Shown in pieces: positions 24,643 through 28,783 of a DNA stretch of 28,783 nt. Made by a program: the position numbers and the translations under genes. The stretch is from Candidatus Heimdallarchaeota archaeon (lineage in GTDB: Archaea; Asgardarchaeota; Heimdallarchaeia; Heimdallarchaeales; Kariarchaeaceae): contig WAKA01000185.1 of the NCBI GenBank assembly GCA_015523565.1, positions 1 through 28,783 on the forward strand, in the 5' to 3' direction. A model generated the notes under the pieces. It made no database searches. It saw nothing but the letters and a program-made list of their open reading frames with translations, and was not told the DNA's origin. Each line of letters opens with the position of its first letter. Positions within the stretch are counted from its first letter, which is position 1.

Positions 24643-26190
24643 ATGACCCCTAGAAAAGTAAATATTTCCTATGCCTTGGAAAATTCGACCACAATTTTTG
24701 GAAGAAAAACAGCAATAGTTTCAGGAAATAAAACATTCACATATGAGGATGTCAACAGAATGGCTTCGAGGATCGCAAATGGCTTACTGGAAACAGGAAT
24801 TGCAAAAGGAGACAAAGTTGCATTAAGCTGTCCAAACAATGAATACTTTCCAGCCATTTACTTTGGGATTTTAAAAATAGGGGCAGTTGTTGTCCCCCTG
24901 AACATCCTGCTGAAAAAACAGGAGATTGAATACCATTTGAGACATTCTGATGCAAAAATCTTGTTTTTTCATGAAGATAGAGAAGGAAATATTTCAGAGG
25001 GATGGAATGCATACCAAAATGTTGAAACATGTGAGAGGTTCATAGCCATTTGTTCAGATGCATCAAAGATAAAACAGGGGATGACATGGTTTGAAGATTT
25101 CATTTCTGATGAAGATCGGTTTATTTCAGCACCCACTTCACAGGAAGATACAGCAGTAATCCTATATACGTCAGGAACAACAGGGAGACCAAAAGGAGCG
25201 GAATTGACGCATGGAAATTTGTTTGACAATGCAATGGCACTTGTTGGACTAATGCAATTGACCAGCAGAGATGTACAAGCAGTAGCCCTCCCATTATTTC
25301 ATTCATTTGGTCAAACTGTGCAATTGAATGCAGGATTCTTTGCAGGATGCAAATTGGTGTTATTGTCTCGTTTTTCTGCAGAGGAGACACTATCGGTATT
25401 TGAAAGGGAAGGGGTTACAGTATTTGCAGGGGTTCCAACAATGTATTGGGAACTTTTGCATTACCCCCATCTTGAGAAATTTGATATGGACAGGATATCG
25501 ATCACAATGAGATTGGGGGTTTCTGGAGGAGCTGCAATGCCAGTGAAGTTGATGGAGGCTTTTGAAAAAAGATTTAAGATGACCATTCAAGAAAGTTATG
25601 GTCTCTCAGAAACGTCACCAGTGGCATGTTTTTCACGAATTGACATCCCAAGAAAAGCGGGATCAATTGGGGTAGCAGTACCTGGATCCGAAATGATCAT
25701 TGCAGATGAGAATGGCAACCCCTGCCAAATTGGAGAGATTGGAGAAATTTTGATAAGAGGGCATCATATTTTCAAGGGATATTATAAAAATCCTGAAGCA
25801 ACAAAAGAGGCATTCCAAGGCGGATGGTTTCATTCTGGAGACTTGGGGAGAATGGATAGGCAAGGATATTTCTATGTAGTAGACAGGAAAAAAGACATGA
25901 TTATCAGAGGCGGATATAACATCTATCCAAGAGAAATTGAAGAAGTGATGATGAGGCATCCAAGAATATCATTGGTTGCAGTCGTTGGGGAGAAAGATGA
26001 GAAATATGGTGAAGAAGTGGTAGCATACGTTGTTTTGAAGGAGGGAAAGAGAGTTTCAGAAAAAGAGATCATGGAATGGTGTAAAAGTCGAATTGCGTCC
26101 TATAAATACCCACGCAAAATCATCATTGTGGAAAGTCTTCCAAAAACTGCAACTGGGAAGATAAAAAAGAGGGATTTGAGAAAAAAATAA
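24643..26190 (+). CDS. Long-chain fatty acid--CoA ligase (FadD-like)
   Basis: YTSGTTGRPKG, LPLFHSFG, YGLSETSP, GWFHSGD, DRKKDMIIRGG.NIYPREIE and LPKTATGKI. Confidence 0.94.
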   Translation: MTPRKVNISYALENSTTIFGRKTAIVSGNKTFTYEDVNRMASRIANGLLETGIAKGDKVALSCPNNEYFPAIYFGILKIGAVVVPLNILLKKQEIEYHLRHSDAKILFFHEDREGNISEGWNAYQNVETCERFIAICSDASKIKQGMTWFEDFISDEDRFISAPTSQEDTAVILYTSGTTGRPKGAELTHGNLFDNAMALVGLMQLTSRDVQAVALPLFHSFGQTVQLNAGFFAGCKLVLLSRFSAEETLSVFEREGVTVFAGVPTMYWELLHYPHLEKFDMDRISITMRLGVSGGAAMPVKLMEAFEKRFKMTIQESYGLSETSPVACFSRIDIPRKAGSIGVAVPGSEMIIADENGNPCQIGEIGEILIRGHHIFKGYYKNPEATKEAFQGGWFHSGDLGRMDRQGYFYVVDRKKDMIIRGGYNIYPREIEEVMMRHPRISLVAVVGEKDEKYGEEVVAYVVLKEGKRVSEKEIMEWCKSRIASYKYPRKIIIVESLPKTATGKIKKRDLRKK

Positions 26191-26242
26191 GCAAGAATTC
26201 TATAAGGGAAAAGCACATATTTCTCATTGTTTTCATTAAATT

Positions 26243-27646
26243 GTGCAACTTTTAGAGAACCATGCCCAATTGATAGATGACATAATAACCAAACAGAATG
26301 AATTTTTCTCAAGCGGAAAAACGATGTCCCGAAATTTTAGGAAAGAAGCATTGAAACGATTGAAAAGCTCGTTATTGGAGAAGAAAGACGAGATTCTTGA
26401 TGCCCTGTATCAGGATTTAGGAAATGACAGGTTGATTGGTTTTGTCAAGGATGTAGGGGTAACGATCAAAGAGATAGACTATATTCAAAAGCACTTGAAA
26501 AAATGGATGAAAGGAGAAAGCAGGTTTGCAGGGATGTTGTCGTTTCCTGCCATTCGTGCAAGGACAATTCCAATGCCAAGGGGAAGAACAGTCATTATAA
26601 GCCCATGGAACTACCCCATTCTTTTGACATTTGTACCCCTTGCCTATTCCATTGCGGCAGGGAACACAACAATCGTCAAACCCTCAGAAATAAGTGTCCA
26701 AAGTTCAAGAATCATAAATGAAGTCATTCAAGAAAGCTTTGATTCTGCACATGTCGCATGTATTGAAGGGGGAAAGGAAATTGGGAGTGAATTGATTAAA
26801 CGGAAACATGGATTAATTTATTTTATTGGAGGAGAAAAAGTAGGAAGGATTATAGCAGAGGCAGCTGCAAAAACATTAACGCCAACAGTTTTGGAGTTAG
26901 GAGGCAAGTCTCCAGCAATTGTGGCAGATGACAGGAATTTGTCCGTGACTGCAAAACGAATAATTTTAGGAAAATGGATCAATGCAGGTCAAACCTGTGT
27001 TGCACCAGATTATATCCTTGTGGACAGGAAGGTTAAAGACAAATTTATGCAAACCATGATAAAGGAACTAAAGCGGATGGGATTGGATAATCTGGAAAAT
27101 TATAGCAAGATAGTCAATGAAAGACATTTCGAACGGATCTTATCGTTAATGGATGGGGTAAAGGACAAGATTGTTTATGGAGGAAATTCAGACAAGGACA
27201 ATAGAAAGATACAGCTAACAATAATCGAAAATCCACCACTGAACCACCAAATTATGCAAGAAGAAATATTTGGGCCGATTTTACCAGTAATTGAGTATGG
27301 AAACGAGGAAGAGTTGGTGTCAATCATAGGCAGAAACCCGACACCATTGGCATTGTATGTGTTCTCCAAAGATAATAAGTTCATCAATTCCATTCATAGT
27401 AAGATACAATTTGGAAATGGATGCATCAATGACACATTGTTTCAATTTGGGGTGACAGGGTTGCCAATTGGTGGCGTAGGTACTTCAGGATATGGGTATA
27501 ATAAGGGAAAAGCCTCATTTGATGAGTTTTCAAGGATGGTATCCATTCTGAAAAAGCCACGTTGGTTAGATACCCCTTTTTTCTACCCACCTCATGGGAA
27601 ACTCTCAAAGCTCTTGACAGAAATCATTTTCAGAACCAAGCTTTAG
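26243..27646 (+). CDS. NAD(P)-dependent aldehyde dehydrogenase, ALDH3-like
   Basis: SPWNYP, KPSE, LELGGKSP, NAGQTCVAPDY (catalytic Cys), EEIFGP, PLALYVF and GGVGTSG; GTG start. Confidence 0.94.
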   Translation: MQLLENHAQLIDDIITKQNEFFSSGKTMSRNFRKEALKRLKSSLLEKKDEILDALYQDLGNDRLIGFVKDVGVTIKEIDYIQKHLKKWMKGESRFAGMLSFPAIRARTIPMPRGRTVIISPWNYPILLTFVPLAYSIAAGNTTIVKPSEISVQSSRIINEVIQESFDSAHVACIEGGKEIGSELIKRKHGLIYFIGGEKVGRIIAEAAAKTLTPTVLELGGKSPAIVADDRNLSVTAKRIILGKWINAGQTCVAPDYILVDRKVKDKFMQTMIKELKRMGLDNLENYSKIVNERHFERILSLMDGVKDKIVYGGNSDKDNRKIQLTIIENPPLNHQIMQEEIFGPILPVIEYGNEEELVSIIGRNPTPLALYVFSKDNKFINSIHSKIQFGNGCINDTLFQFGVTGLPIGGVGTSGYGYNKGKASFDEFSRMVSILKKPRWLDTPFFYPPHGKLSKLLTEIIFRTKL

Positions 27647-28200
27647 GTTCCATCGTCAGGGATAATTTGCATTTTTGGAAAAATAGACGCCCAAGCTACA
27701 AAAATGGCAGGGATTACCAACCAAGAATATAACAATTGCCAGACAATAAGTTTGGATGAGTTGAAAAATAATGCGACAGATCCTGCAAAAATAAGATTCA
27801 ACTGAAGAAATGCGGCATATTTAAGGGCACCTGGGAAATACTTTTCATCCAATTGTTTTGCAATCAAAAAGAAAAGTATCGTTTCAAGAGTCAAAGAAGT
27901 TTCTAAAAAAAAGAAAAAGAAAATAAGGGCAATGTCTGTTGGAAAGAAATTCCATGCAAGTACCGCGGATATTTTTCTCGAGAGTAGAAGAATTAAGTAG
28001 ATACGTCTATACATTTGAATTTTAGGGTGAATATCATCGAATGTCTTCAGTACAGTCCACAAAAAATAGATTTCGGAGAAGAAAACAATTATTCCAAGAG
28101 GCAATAAAGAATTAAAAATGATAAGTTGAGCCGCAAGAAATTGGACAGAACGTATTAGGGCGTATTTTCGGAAGGCACGGGAACTGATGGAATTGTCCAT
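27643..28200 (-). CDS. Hypothetical membrane protein (about 5-6 TM)
   Basis: 185-aa hydrophobic ORF with ATG start, convergent on the ALDH gene with a 4-nt overlap. Confidence 0.65.
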   Translation of the reverse strand: MDNSISSRAFRKYALIRSVQFLAAQLIIFNSLLPLGIIVFFSEIYFLWTVLKTFDDIHPKIQMYRRIYLILLLSRKISAVLAWNFFPTDIALIFFFFFLETSLTLETILFFLIAKQLDEKYFPGALKYAAFLQLNLIFAGSVALFFNSSKLIVWQLLYSWLVIPAIFVAWASIFPKMQIIPDDGT

Positions 28201-28244
28201 ACTGATTTAGGAGGTATCAGTTTCTTAAGTAAATCGACATGCAA

Positions 28245-28682
28245 TTATGCATCTGCATTTCTTTTGACCAATCCTGAAAGAGAGATCGGCAATTGATTGA
28301 TTAACAAAGAGGGCATCAGAATTGTCTCTAAAATAAGAAAAGGGGCATCATTTGTATTAAATGCCAATCGGAAACGCCGGGTTTCCACCCTATTTCCTTC
28401 AATCCGCATAGATCCCACTACGAGGACATACTCGGTAAGAATAAATTCCCCATCTACAAAATCTTGGACAGGGGGCTTTAGGGTACAATCGTGGAGTTTT
28501 GGAGTTTGTATCAGAATGTCATTTTCAGGCCAATCTGGGAATTTCCTGTTTTTTGGAATATACTTGTCAAGTGAAAGCTTACCTTTCCTATTATCAAAAA
28601 ATACAGTAATTTGGTCATAACTGCGACGGATTTCCCAATTTTTTCCAGATACAGTGTTTGAGTCAATAGGTGCAAAGATCAT
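28245..28682 (-). CDS. Hypothetical protein
   Basis: 145-aa ORF with a GAGGGAG purine tract upstream, co-oriented with the next gene; no recognised motif. Confidence 0.55.
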   Translation of the reverse strand: MIFAPIDSNTVSGKNWEIRRSYDQITVFFDNRKGKLSLDKYIPKNRKFPDWPENDILIQTPKLHDCTLKPPVQDFVDGEFILTEYVLVVGSMRIEGNRVETRRFRLAFNTNDAPFLILETILMPSLLINQLPISLSGLVKRNADA

Positions 28683-28783
28683 CAGGAGGTCTCCCTCATA
28701 GTCTTATCGAACAAACCATTTTTACATTTTCCCTTGCGTGTTATTAAAATGTGCATTCAGTTTTATCCACGCCTCCCTTATAC

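Noticed and set aside
24643-26190. Possibility that the CoA ligase is MenE
   Set aside because: Motifs and length fit FadD-like long-chain ligases, and it lies 10 kb from menD beside an ALDH gene.
28683-28783. Possible 3' end of a further minus-strand gene at the window edge
   Set aside because: Too short to determine the frame or product.

Overview
AT-rich, gene-dense archaeal chromosomal segment with about 26 CDS. I found no rRNA, tRNA, CRISPR array or mobile element. Archaeal origin is supported by an aIF-1A gene, TATA-like boxes about 25-30 nt before several start codons (leaderless-type promoters), and an archaeal-type UbiD. An Asgard (Heimdallarchaeia-like) host is inferred from a multi-TM protein with a longin-like C-terminal domain, a stand-alone LRR protein and a tandem Lrp-like regulator, together with bacterial-type metabolic genes (menF-menD, nadB, acyl-CoA ligase, ALDH3-like). 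Housekeeping and metabolic content: M1 aminopeptidase (partial), hotdog thioesterase, PrsW-type protease, ClC-CBS transporter, endonuclease IV, DtxR-type regulator. Most unusual elements: a 769-aa protein built from six winged-helix repeats with acidic linkers, the TM-longin fusion, a SHOCT-bactofilin-like beta-helix protein, a SAM methyltransferase resembling a fungal family, and a PrsW protease with three zinc ribbons. All calls come from motif recognition by eye; no searches were run.
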